Assembly: GCA_029953675.1 (NCBI GenBank)
Contig: JAMWBK010000001.1
Span: 3,720,001-3,784,000, forward strand
Source of the DNA: Rhodosorus marinus CCMP1338
Lineage: Eukaryota; Plantae; Rhodophyta
DNA length: 64,000 bases
Direction: 5' to 3'
The notes beneath the pieces are model-generated. The model did no database searches. It had not been told where the DNA came from and worked only from the letters and a program-made list of their open reading frames with translations. Both the position numbers and the translations under genes were made by a program. Positions 25,373-36,648 of this stretch are shown here, piece after piece. Within the stretch, counting starts at the first letter, position 1, and each line of letters begins with the position of its first letter.

Positions 25373-26670
25373 ATGGTTGGGGTTTCCCCACCCATTCCGG
25401 CGGACGGAGCCGTTCTCTCAGCGCGCGTGGAGCTCTGCGTGGGCGGGTTTAGTACCGCGGCCACCCTCACGGACTGCGCTGACGAGTTAGCCCATGGGAT
25501 CTGCTCGAAACTGACGAGTCTTCTTGTGACTGCTTCCCAGGAACACCGCCTGCCCCTGCTGATCGCCTATTTGGAGCGCTTCTCCGCCTCCGCGCCTGCC
25601 CCATACCCCCGGTGCCCGTCCCCGCGGATCCGCACGGTACAGCGGGGCCTGCCTCCACCCGACCCGAGCGCTCCGCTCCGGTCATTCCTGATTCCGACTG
25701 GCCTACCCCTATTCAAGGACAGACGCCTCCTGGGCCCGCGTCGGGCCCGAATCCTGCTCCCTCCAGTGCCCCACGTGCGACCTATTCGCAGGTCCTACGC
25801 AGGGGCTCTTCTGAACAACGCACGACGGCAATGGTGCGTATGATGCCACAACACATCCCTATTGACTCTTCTCGCCAACTATCTCCGTTCCACTTTGTTT
25901 GGATGACGAACGTGCGTCCCCAGACCCCCTCTCGTGGTCGGGGCCGCGCGCCCGTCCACTACCGCGATTTTCGCGACACCATGGCTTCCTCCCTTGGGGT
26001 CGCCCCGTGTGAATTCCTATATGTGGACTTCACGGGCCCTCATGCCTGTTTTCTTGTTACTGACTCGGCTTACCAGTTCCTTCAATCGCTTGTAACCACC
26101 CCCGCGCCCCAGCGCTCTGCTCTGGCCAACATGATACTGACTCGTCCTCATGTCTCTTTGCTTGTTGAGTTCGATCGTTTTGACGCCGGCTGGGTTCCTC
26201 CGTCGGCCTTGCAAAACCTGGATGCCTCGCAGGCTTCGGTTGTCGCGCTACACACTCATGCGGCGCGGCTCTCGCGCATACAGGCGAGCCTCTTCGCGCG
26301 TTTTCCTCCTCGCGGGGTCCTCCGCACCACGCTAGAGGCCTTCCTCTCCACTGAGGCCACCCTGCTGGAAGCTCACCCTGCGTTTGACCTTCTGCCGCCG
26401 ACTCTTGAGCACCCTTCCTCCCCTCGCCTTGTCTCCGAGGCTCGTGACACCGACATGGCAGAAGCACCATCGGCCTCTCCGAATCCGCTGGCTCTGGACA
26501 CCCTCAGTCAAGACTCCGCTGCTGAAAACCCTGTGTCTACTTTCTTCAGGTCTTTTAGTTCCTTCGTGCGCCCTCCACGTAAGCGTCGTGCGGCTCCTGA
26601 GCCTCCCTCCGAGGCACCTCCTCCGGATATTCGATCTGCCTTCCCGACTGAGGGGAGGCCCGATGTCTGA
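25373..26670 (+). CDS. Family B ORF1 (one frameshift in a C-run near 25606-25610)
   Basis: Pieces 25259-25843 and 25612-26670 join into the open ORF seen at 41884-43296. The likely start MVGVSPP matches subfamily B' MAGVSPP. Confidence 0.8.
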
Positions 26671-26716
26671 GTCTTCCTCCTCCGCGTGCGTGTCGTCCCG
26701 GTTACCCCTGTTTACC

Positions 26717-26839
26717 GAACGAACGAATGGTTTAATCGGAGGCTGAAAAAAAAAACCCCGAGGGGAAAAAAAGACTAAGCGCGGCGAAGTACTCGCGCCT
26801 CCAACATCAAAGCGGCATTCATGCGCCACAGCAGGAAAC
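26717..26839 (-). repeat. Inverted copy of the element's own 3' terminal about 123 nt
   Basis: Reverse complement of 29869-29992 with one mismatch seen; the same insert is at 41715-41838. Confidence 0.95.
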
Positions 26840-29800
26840 ACCCCAGTGACCGCTCAGCCTGGCATGAGCGTGTTCTCTCGTGGTTTTCGCACCTTGTCGC
26901 CTCCTACCCGGACGGTTCCCTTCCCCTTTGTCGTCAGAGCACGGCCGTACGGCTCCCTCGTCGACTTCATAAGCCCCTAGGATTGGTGTTGGATTTTCTC
27001 TGGCAGCAGGTCGCCGCGAACCCTCACTGCTCTCTTCGCTGGGAACTCTTGTTCTTTTTTCCCCGCCTCGTGCTCACCTCCTCTACCGTCCCCCTCAACC
27101 CACATCCTCGCCGGGTCCACCCTCGCCGAAAACTGCAAATGTTCCTCTCCGGCGACTTTGAGGACCTCGAACGTCTTTATTTCGCTTCTCTCTCTTCCTT
27201 TTCTCCTAGTGATCCCTCAGCTTTTAGGTCTTCTCGACAGAATCGGGCGCGTCACGCGGTGGCAGGCGGTGATCTGCGGCGGGCAGCCGGGATCCTCCAG
27301 CAGCGGCAACCTGTGGTTCCATACTCCGATGATCTTTCTTCACCGCTCCGTTTGCTCTTTCCCTCGGAAGGCTTCCCTTGGGACTCCTCGTTTGAATCAG
27401 TGTTGGAAGAGTACCGCGCCGCGCCACATCCCAGTGCGCGGTTAGTGGTCAATCTGGAGGCGGTGCGTGAGTTGGTTCATGATGCTCCGAAGGGCCGTTC
27501 CCCAGGGCCCTCGGGGCTGCGGGTGGAATATCTCCGTTTCTTAAGTGATGAAGGTTTGAAGGCGTTGGCGTGGGTGGTCGAAGCGCTTGTGAATGGTGAT
27601 CCCCTGTGTGAGTGTGCGTGGTTCTTGGTCGGGCGTTCTCAGTTGTGTCTGCTTTCGAAGCCCGGCCACACGGCCTCGAGCCCTGCTATTCGCCCTATTG
27701 GCCTGGTTGAGGTGGTCCGCAAATTGGCGGCGCGATGGTTAGTGAAAATCCTGGTTCCCGAATCCCGTCGTTTCTTTGGGCACGTGCAGTTAGGCGTGGG
27801 CTATCGTGGTGGCTGTGAGTTGTTGTCTGTTTTACTCCGTTCGGAAATGGCGTACTCCCCAGATTCTGGGCTCCTCTCTGTAGATTTTACCAATGCGTTC
27901 AACCGCGTCTATAGTCCGGCTCTCATGCACGTGGTGCGCGAAGTCTTCCCTGTAGGCTTTCCCTTTGTTAGTAGACTTTATTCTCCGCTTGGTCGTGGGG
28001 CTACCTATGACACCCTTGGCGCTTCCTCTCACACGTTTGCGGCGCGCACAGGGGTACAACAGGGTGATCCCTTGTCCCCTTTCCTACATGCCTGTGGACT
28101 ACAACTCGTCTTGCTTTGTCTTCGCTCCGAATTCCCGCAGGTTCGTACGGTTGCATACCACGACGACGTGTGCCTCCTGGGGCCCCCTGATACTCTAGCA
28201 CTCGCTTATGATCGTCTCCGCTCCTTGGCTTCGCGGGTTGACCTGGAGGTTAATCATCACAAATCGTTCTACTGGGGAGGTGTAGCTGCACAAGAGCAGC
28301 AGGTACCTGCGTCGTTCCAGGATATTTGGAGACCGGATGGTTTTGTCCACTTAGGCATCCCCTACGGGTCGCCGTCCTTCGTTGAAGGCGAGTTGCTGCA
28401 GCTCCTCGGTAAGCACAGACAGCTGGTTGCAGAGCTTCGACGGCTACCTCCGGGCTTTCTCCAGTGCTCGTTGTTGCTGTTTCGGTATTGTTGCAGTCAG
28501 CGGTTAACCTATTGGCTTCGCTCACTTCCAACTCATTGGGGCCGGTGGTTGGCCACTCGTGCGGATGCTGAAAGTTTCCGTGACCTGGGGTATTTTCTCG
28601 ATGAAGAGCTGAGCGCTCTGCCGCGACCCACCTGTGATGTTGTGCGCGCCCAGGTAGGCCTCCCATTGCGATTGGGGGACTGGGCCTCTGCAATCGTGTT
28701 GTGGTCCAACCTGCAGCCGCAGTAGGGGCCTGGGGAACCGCACTTCCCACTTTGAGCAGCTTGGGTATCTCGAAGTTCCGCAATTTGATGGCGAGCCTCT
28801 CGCGGGGTGTCTTGCTTCCCAGCGTACCGGAAAGCGCCCAAGACTTGTTTCTGGAGCTCCAAACCGCCCTGAATTCCTGTACTAGTCTCCCCGAAACCGT
28901 TCAACCCCGTCTTCCTGACTGGCGAGCTGTATTTGACCGCTCTCGAGGCTCCGCCCCGGGGATTCGTCCTGCGCCTGAACCTGTTCTAGGGGAGATTGAC
29001 CCAGTGGTTGCCGCAGAAGAAGAAGTTCCAGTTGATCCTCCTGATGATTCCCAGCGCGCTGGGAGCCGAGCTCAAGCACGCACGGATGCGCTGCAAAATA
29101 TCCTTTCTTGGGACTTGCACCGTGCTGCATATGGCCGACTCCTCGCGCAGATGGTCTCATCTTCTCGCGCTCGCGCCCGCCTACGTAGTCTTGGAGGGGT
29201 TATTAGCTCTCAGTGGCTCATGACCGTACCAGCCTTTCCGCCACTCACACTGTCGGATTTCGAAGTGCGTACTTCACTGCGCTTATACCTCGGCTTACAT
29301 CAGCCCCCTTGGCCGTACGAGATGGGTTCGTCGTGCCCTCTCTGCTCTCAGACTGAAGACAACGCAGATTTTGGCGCCCACCTGCTCGCTAGTTGCCCGG
29401 CGGTGAAAGGTGCTCGAACCCGCCGCCACACACGGATCTTGAACCTGTTATACCGGGAACTTCGGCCTATAGTCCGGCAAGCCGGTCTGGAAATCGAACG
29501 TGAGAAACCTTTACCCGTCGCGGACTTTCAAAATGATGAACGCCGTGTAGCCGACCTGGTGATCACCTGTGACGACAGCCGCCGTACCACATACGTTGAT
29601 CTTGCTGTTCCTAACCCTCAAGCTAGTCGTTATCTCCCGGCTGCGGGGGAGCGCCGTGGATCTGCCGCCGCCAGCATGAGACGCCGCAAAGAGATCAAAT
29701 ACGCGGGGGCTTTGTCTTCCCCTGGTGTTCGTGCTTCGGCACTAGCACATCGCTTGGTACCCCTGATCATTGAGTGCTTTGGGTTCATGGACTCTGTTGG

Positions 29801-29933
29801 TTCTCGCTGGCTTCGGGAGTTGTTCCGCGAACGCCCTGACCGTCTTCAATCGTTGTTTACCCGTTTAAGTTTCCTGCTGTGGCGCATGAATGCCGCTTTG
29901 ATGTTGGAGGCGCGAGTACTTCGCCGCGCTTAG
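26821..29933 (+). CDS. Family B ORF2: RT-CCHC-RLE (one frameshift in a G-run near 28674-28678)
   Basis: SPGPSG, IRPIGL, VDFTNAFN, GVQQGDP, AYHDD, CPLC..H..C, VADLVIT..YVDL..KEIKY. Native ATG at 26665 overlaps the ORF1 end (gATGtcTGA). Confidence 0.9.
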
Positions 29934-29992
29934 TCTTTTGTTCCCCTCGGGGTTTTTTTTTTCAGCCTCCGATTAAACCATTCGTTCGTTCG

Positions 29993-30490
29993 GTGAAGGC
30001 GCTGGCATAGCCACCTCCCGGCTAACTTCCGTAGGCTCTCCACCATCTCGATCGGCCGGAGACGCGGGTGGGCCGGCTGGTGGTCAGGTTTCGTGAGCAA
30101 GCAAAGCTGTGCCTGCCGGAGATGTTCCCATGGCGCAGACGCACCCGATACGCCCTGGAACAACTTGTTAAGGATCCTCAGAAGCGCGCTCTGGCCAGGC
30201 TGGCTCAGGGCCTGCAATAGCTCTGTTCTTAGTCCGGAGGGTCCGGGACAGCGTCCCCGACGCGAGGTACGAAGCAAATCCTCCAGGTCAGACTCACTGA
30301 GCGTCAGATCGATGCGAAACCTGGCCAACTCCGGACGGTCCAAGAATACCTCGAATTCAGGGGACAAATCCACGTCGGACTCAGGGAACAAAGACGACAC
30401 CGTCTGGGCGAGACTATCATCGTAGGGGAGGACTGGCGCCTGGCCCTCCAAAACCCGCGCCGCTCGACTTAAATCGCCCACTGCTACCAA
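29993..30490 (-). mobile_element. Family A CRE-like element, 5' part of RT (continues at 25120)
   Basis: VAVGDLSRAARVL..CPGPSGLRTE..LRPIEMVESLRKLAGRWL, collinear with family B ORF2. Confidence 0.9.
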
Positions 30491-30556
30491 TGGACGTGTC
30501 GAAGAAAACCCTTCCAGGCTCTTCGACTCTTTTTGTGAATGATCCTTCCGCAGGTT
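30491..30556 (-). rRNA. Fragment: 18S rRNA 3' terminus (30538-30556) plus candidate ITS1 start; not a functional rRNA gene
   Basis: Minus strand AACCTGCGGAAGGATCATT is the conserved eukaryotic SSU rRNA 3' end. It is followed by CACAAAAAGA and a GTCGAAGA..TCTTCGAC hairpin. Confidence 0.7.
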
Positions 30557-31356
30557 AGCGGCTATACTAACATATCCTGATGCGCTACAAAAGATGTAAA
30601 GGGAAACTAGGGACTAGGCAGAAGAGCATGCAAGGGCAGGCGGCGGTGGCGCGCCTCGGCGAGCATGTTGCTAGAATACCGCAGAGGGCGACACCAAAAC
30701 GGCGGAGGAGCACCAGATGTTCTTCTGGATGTTCGGTGAAGTATTTGCGCAGCCACTCCAAGCTTAACTTTTTCAGATGCCCAAAGCTTTCCACCATGAA
30801 AGGTTGGAACCTGTGAGACCGGTCCTCTTCCACGGGAATACTGGCCATGCTCTCAGCGTACCCTCGTTCCTTCACCCGGCGAAGTCCGCTGCGTCCGATA
30901 CCAGGAAATCTGCTTTCCAAGGGGGAGGAGTGGTTGCGGAGGGTATTCGAGGCAGTGCCGATTCCACCTCGACCGTGTAGCCAAATCTTGTCAAGTGCCC
31001 GCTCACGATGTATTGCAGACGCGTGTATCTCTTCGTGCGATGACCTAACAGCAGTCCACACGAGCCCAGGAAGTGGTACCCACATCCATCTATGCGGGTC
31101 GCAAAACCTTGGCAGAAGCAAAGGCGGTGGGAATGCCAAGGGGCCTGTGGCAAACGGAGGTAGATGAGTGCCGCGGTCCGGAACTGGAAGGCGTTCGATC
31201 GTTGGCCCTGTGATGAGAGCAAAGTGGTAAGTACTACTTCGATCTCGCTTCGTGCTCGTGTCCTGGTTCCCCGGGACAGCCTCGCATGGACCCGGGTCTT
31301 GAGTTCCCGGGCGCTGAGAGGCTCCGCGTACGGCCTGCACGCCTCCGTCAATACCG
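30557..31356 (-). mobile_element. Diverged family A' 3' fragment, frameshifted, with tail
   Basis: AFQFRTAALIYL.LPQAPWHS, KADFLVSD, RRVKERGY, FQPFMVESFG; tail gtagcgcatcaggatatgttagtatagcc. Confidence 0.85.
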
Positions 31357-31432
31357 TTAACCCCTTTATATCCAATTTGTAATTCTACTCCGAAATTCCA
31401 CCCCTTGACTACCGCAACCGTAACCTTTTACT

Positions 31433-31590
31433 GGGTAGCTGCCTTATGCTGCGCACACTAATTCGAGTACTATCTAGGGTGAGACGGGCCTAACCCCACA
31501 CGCTGGGTGCTCTAGCTACGATAAAAAGAAAAATAAGGAATCACTGGTTGGTCCGACTGATTCACACGAAGAGCTGCTAACGCAAACTTT
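31433..31590 (-). mobile_element. Family C' 3' tail fragment
   Basis: Encodes ALAALRVNQSDQPVIPYFSF, similar to ALGALRVDQLENPLVPVFSF; ends gcagctaccc|AGTAAAAGG. Confidence 0.75.
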
Positions 31591-31634
31591 TTAAACCCGG
31601 ACTAACGTAACCGTGACAACTTCACTAAACCACT

Positions 31635-34600
31635 CCCTAGCAATCGTGGCCACTCCTGCATTCTCTCGCCAGCGCTCTCCGTTTCATCTCGTCTGGATGA
31701 CGAACGTGCGCCCCCAGACCCCTTCTCGTGGTCGGGGTCGCGAGCCCGTTCACTACCGTGATTTCCGCGATACGATGGCCTCGTCACTTGGAGTCGCTCC
31801 ATCTGAGTTCATCTATATGGATTTCAATGGACCTCATGCCTGTTTCCTCGTCACAGAGTTTGCTTATGAATGCCTTACCTCGCTTGTCGCCATCCCTGAG
31901 CCCCAGCGCTCTGCCTTGCAAACACGACACTGACTCGTGCCCACGTCTAATTGTTTGTTGAGTTTGACCGCTTCGACGCAGGATGGGTTCCCACGTCGGC
32001 GCTGTAGAGCCACCCTTCCACGCAAGCTCCTGTTATCGCACTGGAAACTCATGGTGCGCGACTTTTACGCATCCAGTCGAGCCTCCTTGAACGCTTCCTG
32101 CCCCCCGTGGAGTCCTCCGCTCGGCGTTAAGAGGACTTCCTCGCCGCTGAGGCCGCTCTGATGGAAGCTCATCCGGCCTTTTACCTCTACCGAGCGACTC
32201 CTGCCCGCCCTCCTCCCCTCGACATGTGGGCGGCCCCATCGTGCTCCTCGAATCCGCTGGCTTTGGACACCCTCAGCGAAGACTCCGTTCCTGACAATCC
32301 TGCATCTGCCTTCTTTAGGTCTTCTAGTTCCTTCGCCCGTACACCACGTAAGCCCCGTGCCGCCCTGAGTCACCCTCAGAGGGCCCCCCACCGGATACCC
32401 GCAACGCCTCCGCCGCTGAGAGGACGCCTGATGTCTGGGTCCTCTTACCCCGCCCGGGTGTCACCCGTGTCCGTCCTGTTCGCCGATGCCCCCTCCACCT
32501 GGCGCGAGCGCGTTTTCTCGTGGTTCTCTGACCTTATCGCCTCATTACCGGGTGGTGCCATTCCCTTGTGCCGTCAGAGCCCAACTGTACGGCTCCCTCG
32601 TTGTCTGTACTAACCTTTTGCGTTGATCTTGGACCTCTTATGGCAGGAAGTTTCCGATCACCCTCAATGCTCTCTTCGCTGGGATCTCCTTTCCTTTTTC
32701 CTCGCCTCGTGCTCACTTCCTCTACTGTCTCGAGCACTTCGTCTTCCCGCCGTATCCACCCTCAGCGCAAGATGCATTTGTTCCTATCCGGTGACTTTGA
32801 AGAGCTCGAGCGCCTCTACTATGTTTTCCTCTCTTCCATCTCTACCTGTCCCCTGTCAGACCTCAAGTCTAGCCAACAACGGGCACGTCACGCTGGGCAG
32901 GCGGTGATCTCTTGAGGGCTGGGAGTATCCTCCAGCAACGGCAACCTGTGGTCGAGTATTCAGACGATCTTGCTTCTTCGCTACACTCGCTTTTTCCCGC
33001 AGCAGGCTCTGGGTGGGACCCGTCTTCTGACGCGGAGGTGGAAGCGGTCCAAGTAGCGTCCAATGAAGGCGAGCGGCTGGTGGTCACCTCTGAGGCTGTG
33101 CGTGGGCTGATCCAGCCTGCTCAAAGGGTCGTTCTCCTGGGCCCTCGGGTTCGCGGGTGGAATACCTCCGTTTTTTGGGTGATGAGGGTATGAAAGCGTG
33201 CGCGTCCATGTTGAAGGGAGTCGTCAATGGCGATCCTTTTTGTGATCGTGCATGGTTTTTACTGGACGCAGCTATCTTTGCTCTCCAAGTCGGGTCGCAC
33301 TACTTCGACTCCAGCCCTTCGCCCTATTTTCATGGCGGAAGCGGTCCGTAAACTGGCAGCTCCTTGTTAGGTCCAGATTTTGGTCCCCGAATCCCTTTGC
33401 TTTTTTGGGCACGCGCAGTTGGGCGTGGGCTATCGCGGCGGCTGTGAATTGCTATCAGCACTCCTTCGCTCGGATCTGGCCTACTCACCGGACTACGGGT
33501 TATTATCTGTAGACTTTAGCAATGCTTTTAATCGTGTCTCTCGATCAGCCATTATGCATGTGGCGTGCCAGGTCTTCCCGGTAGCTCTTCCCTTAGCTAG
33601 TACTCTTCACCCTTTGACGGGCCAAGGGCCAACTTATGAAACCCTCGGCCATTCCTCATACTCCTTTGAGGCGCGGACCGGGTTCAACAGGGTGACCCGT
33701 TGGCGCCGTTTTTGCACGCCCGTGGGCTTCAGGTCTTTCTGCTTAGCCTGCGTTCAGAGTTCCCGGAGGTCCGCACAGTGGGTTAAAAGGATGATTTCTG
33801 AATCATTGGGCCTCCAGATACCGTCGCGGCGGCGTACGATCGTGTCCGTACACTGGCATCCCTCGTCGATCTCGAAGTCATCATGCGAAGTCGTTCTACT
33901 GGGGAGGAGCGGATATTCAAGAGCAGCAGGCCCCCGCGCGTTTCCGAGATAGTTGGCGTCGGGCAGGGTTTGTCCACCTAGGCATCCCCCATGGGTCCGC
34001 GTCGTTCGTGGAGGGTAAGTTGTCGCAGATTCTGAGCAAGTACCTGTAGCTGGCCTCGGAGCCCAGTCTGCTGCCTCGCGGATTCTTGCAATGCTCGTTG
34101 TTGCTTTATCGATATTGTTGCAGTCAGCGGCTCACCTATTGGTTCCGCTCGCCCCCGAATCGCTGGGGCCGGTGGCTGGCAAGCCGTGCGGACGACGGGA
34201 GCTTTGACTAGCTGGGATATTTCTTAGATGTCGAGTTGGGCATCTTCCGCGCCCCAACCGTTATATCGTTGGCGCCGAAGGGGGCCTACCCGTACGCCTG
34301 GGCGGTCTAGGCCTTTGTAACCGAGCACATCGCTTGGTACCCCTGATCATTGAGTGCTTTGGGTTCATGGACTCTGTTGGTTCTCGCTGGCTTCGGGAGT
34401 TGTTCCGCGAACGCCCTGACCGTCTTCAATCGTTGTTTACCCGCTTAAGTTTCCTGCTGTGGCGCATGAATGCCGCTTTGATGTTGGAGGCGCGAGTTCT
34501 TCGCCGCACTTAGTCTTCTTTTCCCCTCGGGGTTTTTTTTTTTCAGCCTCCGATTAAACCATTCGTTTCGTGTAACCGAGCTAGGCCTCTGTAACCGAGC

Positions 34601-35385
34601 TGTTATCCAACCAGCGGCCGTGGTTGGGTCTTGGGACACCGCCCTCCCGACGTTGAGCGCGTTGGGTGTGTCTAGTTTCCGAAATTTGGAGTTCAGTCTT
34701 TCCAGTGATGATAGAATCTAGTGTCCCTGAAAGTGCCCGTGGTTTGTTTCTCGAGCTCCAATCGGCGATGTACCAGACTCCCTGCCGGCCTGCACCCACG
34801 TCTGACTGGCTGGCGAGCCGTTTTTCACGGGCTCGCGGCCCCGCGGCCCGACCAGCTGCCGGTGATGATCCGTTTATTCAGAGGCTAACTACCCTGAGAA
34901 GCGAGAGACAAGACGCTGATTACGCGCGTCCACAAACAAAGCAGAATTGGAGTGCCACAGGGTCAAAGAAAGCTCCGTGAGCAGACTATCTAAACGCCCT
35001 AGGTCGTTGACTGGGGTTGTACCTCCCGCAAAAAATCCTCTGGTTGCTGAGGAAACAGAGGTCCCTCGTGATCCTCTTGATGATGGAACGGGCTCTGGGA
35101 GTCTCGTCTTCGCGCGTACCGATCAGATGCAAAACACCCTTTCTTCGGACTTGCACCGTGCTCCCTCGGCAGACTTCTCGCGCAGATGGTCTCGTCTTCC
35201 CGAGACCGCGCCCGCCTGCGTAGTCTTGGAGGGTGTATCAGCTCGCAGTGGCTCATGAGCGTCCACGCTTTTCCGGCACTCACACTCACGGATTTCGAAG
35301 TGCACACTTCTCTACGTTTATACCTCGGCTTGCATCAGCCGCCCTGGCCTTCCGAGAATAGTGACGATATTGAACGGTAGGTATA
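31635..35385 (+). mobile_element. Subfamily B' element, decayed, truncated at both ends
   Basis: Frameshifted homologs of B ORF1 (WMTNVRPQTPSRGRG) and ORF2 (LGVGYRGG, VDFSNAFN, ISSQWLM). Confidence 0.9.
34327..34571 (+). mobile_element. Young family B 3' fragment inserted into B'
   Basis: Near-identical to about 29746-29990; TSD GTAACCGAGC at 34317-34326 and 34572-34581, with a third copy at 34591-34600. Confidence 0.9.
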
Positions 35386-35406
35386 TCTATCTCAGTAATG
35401 CCCATC

Positions 35407-36414
35407 TCAGTAAGGAATCACAGCGAGCATTCCCTGATATTGACCAGGAGCTTGTATGTTCAGCACCGGGCATCCGTTCTGCCCTCCGCTATTCTTGATT
35501 TTGAACTGACTGATTCCAAATCCGCTCGCGTACAATCGATTATTCCAATAAACAATGTTGCTAGCCCCAGCTTGTTCCGACTGGCACAGGGGTTCCAGCT
35601 TCTCCTCTGTGATGGCGAAGGCGAATATTGCGTTACACGCTACATAACAAATATCTTGATCTTCGGATAACAGTAGAATATTCAGACCTTCAGCACAAGC
35701 AGCAGTGGTTTGGGCTTTCCATTCCAGAGTGTTAATATCCAACCGGTATAAGCTATTCCCAGGCCAACCCAGTGCGTAGATGTCGGCATTCGTCGCGGTT
35801 GCTAAGCTGGTGACTTCAAAGTCTAGTAGTTTCTCATAAAACTTATCGTAGTTCTTTGTTGGGTCATACTCAATCATGACTGACCTCCCTTCACCAATCC
35901 AATAGGCGACATACAAATAATTGCTGGTCAGGACAGCGGCCGCGGGCGTCAACTCAAAGGGATACTCTGTGGGACCTTGAATCTGAGCAATGATATCAAA
36001 GTTCTCATGATCGAGGACCTGGACGAATTTTCCGAAACCATCGATCACAATAATTCGGTCGGTGACAAGGGTGTCACTCGGAGCTTGCACATGGATCGGC
36101 CCTGATGACGTAGAGCGCTCGACGTCAGTCTCTTTCAGTTTTCCTTCCGAGTTTATATTCCATCGACGAAGAGTCCCCCCAGAATTGGCCTTTTTTTCCC
36201 AGGTGTATGCGTATGAGCCAAACCGAAATATGGTTTGGTATGTGTCCCCTTGTTCTCCAGGCCTCAATGTCTGCATTGTCCTGGCATCGTCTCTTAATCG
36301 ACTTGCAGCGTACGCTTCAATAGTCCCCCCAATCTCAACAGCAAAGACGTTTTGCTTGCAATAAACCAAAGATCCCATCAAACTCATAAGCACGAAAGCG
36401 AACACGACTTTCAT
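35407..36414 (-). CDS. Secreted protein, probably beta-propeller-like
   Basis: Open 335-aa ORF; signal peptide MKVVFAFVLMSLMGSLVYC; repeated beta-strand-like segments (YLYVAYW, IYALGW, LYASGF). The fold is inferred. Confidence 0.75.
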   Translation of the reverse strand: MKVVFAFVLMSLMGSLVYCKQNVFAVEIGGTIEAYAASRLRDDARTMQTLRPGEQGDTYQTIFRFGSYAYTWEKKANSGGTLRRWNINSEGKLKETDVERSTSSGPIHVQAPSDTLVTDRIIVIDGFGKFVQVLDHENFDIIAQIQGPTEYPFELTPAAAVLTSNYLYVAYWIGEGRSVMIEYDPTKNYDKFYEKLLDFEVTSLATATNADIYALGWPGNSLYRLDINTLEWKAQTTAACAEGLNILLLSEDQDICYVACNAIFAFAITEEKLEPLCQSEQAGASNIVYWNNRLYASGFGISQFKIKNSGGQNGCPVLNIQAPGQYQGMLAVIPY

Positions 36415-36648
36415 CTTTCAAAAGCTTCCCTGGATTTTCTGGAACGATGGTTAACTCCTCCTTTTCGGTGTCTCCCGTGCAATCCTCTTCACCAACCTCG
36501 ATAGTACAGTTCCCAACGACTAGCAAATGAGCATTTTGGGCTATATCGTAAAGAAGTGCGCCGCCGTCCAGGTCTGCAAAACTTCTTCCGTCCTCAACTA
36601 CAAGATATCTCGCGCGCATGACCTGAGAGACTGTAATATATATATATA

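Larger units (their letters stand above)
25125..29992 (+). mobile_element. Family B CRE-like element, full length (5'UTR, ORF1, ORF2, 3'UTR, (TTCG)n tail), inserted antisense into family A RT
   Basis: Same first nucleotide as the copy at 43430 with a different flank. The host A reading frame runs ..GRWLCQRLH| on one side and |..SLAFMAPLQVG on the other. Confidence 0.95.

Noticed and set aside
26704-26852. ACCCCTGTTTACCG / ACCCCAGTGACCG as a TSD of the inverted tail
   Set aside because: Too diverged for an insert that is nearly identical to its source.
29970-29983. GATTAAACCAT in the B tail, resembling 18S 5' GATTAAGCCAT
   Set aside because: 10/11 match only, with no extension.
32429-32433. 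TGATG as a stop-start coupling signal in B'
   Set aside because: The TGA is not in the ORF1 frame.
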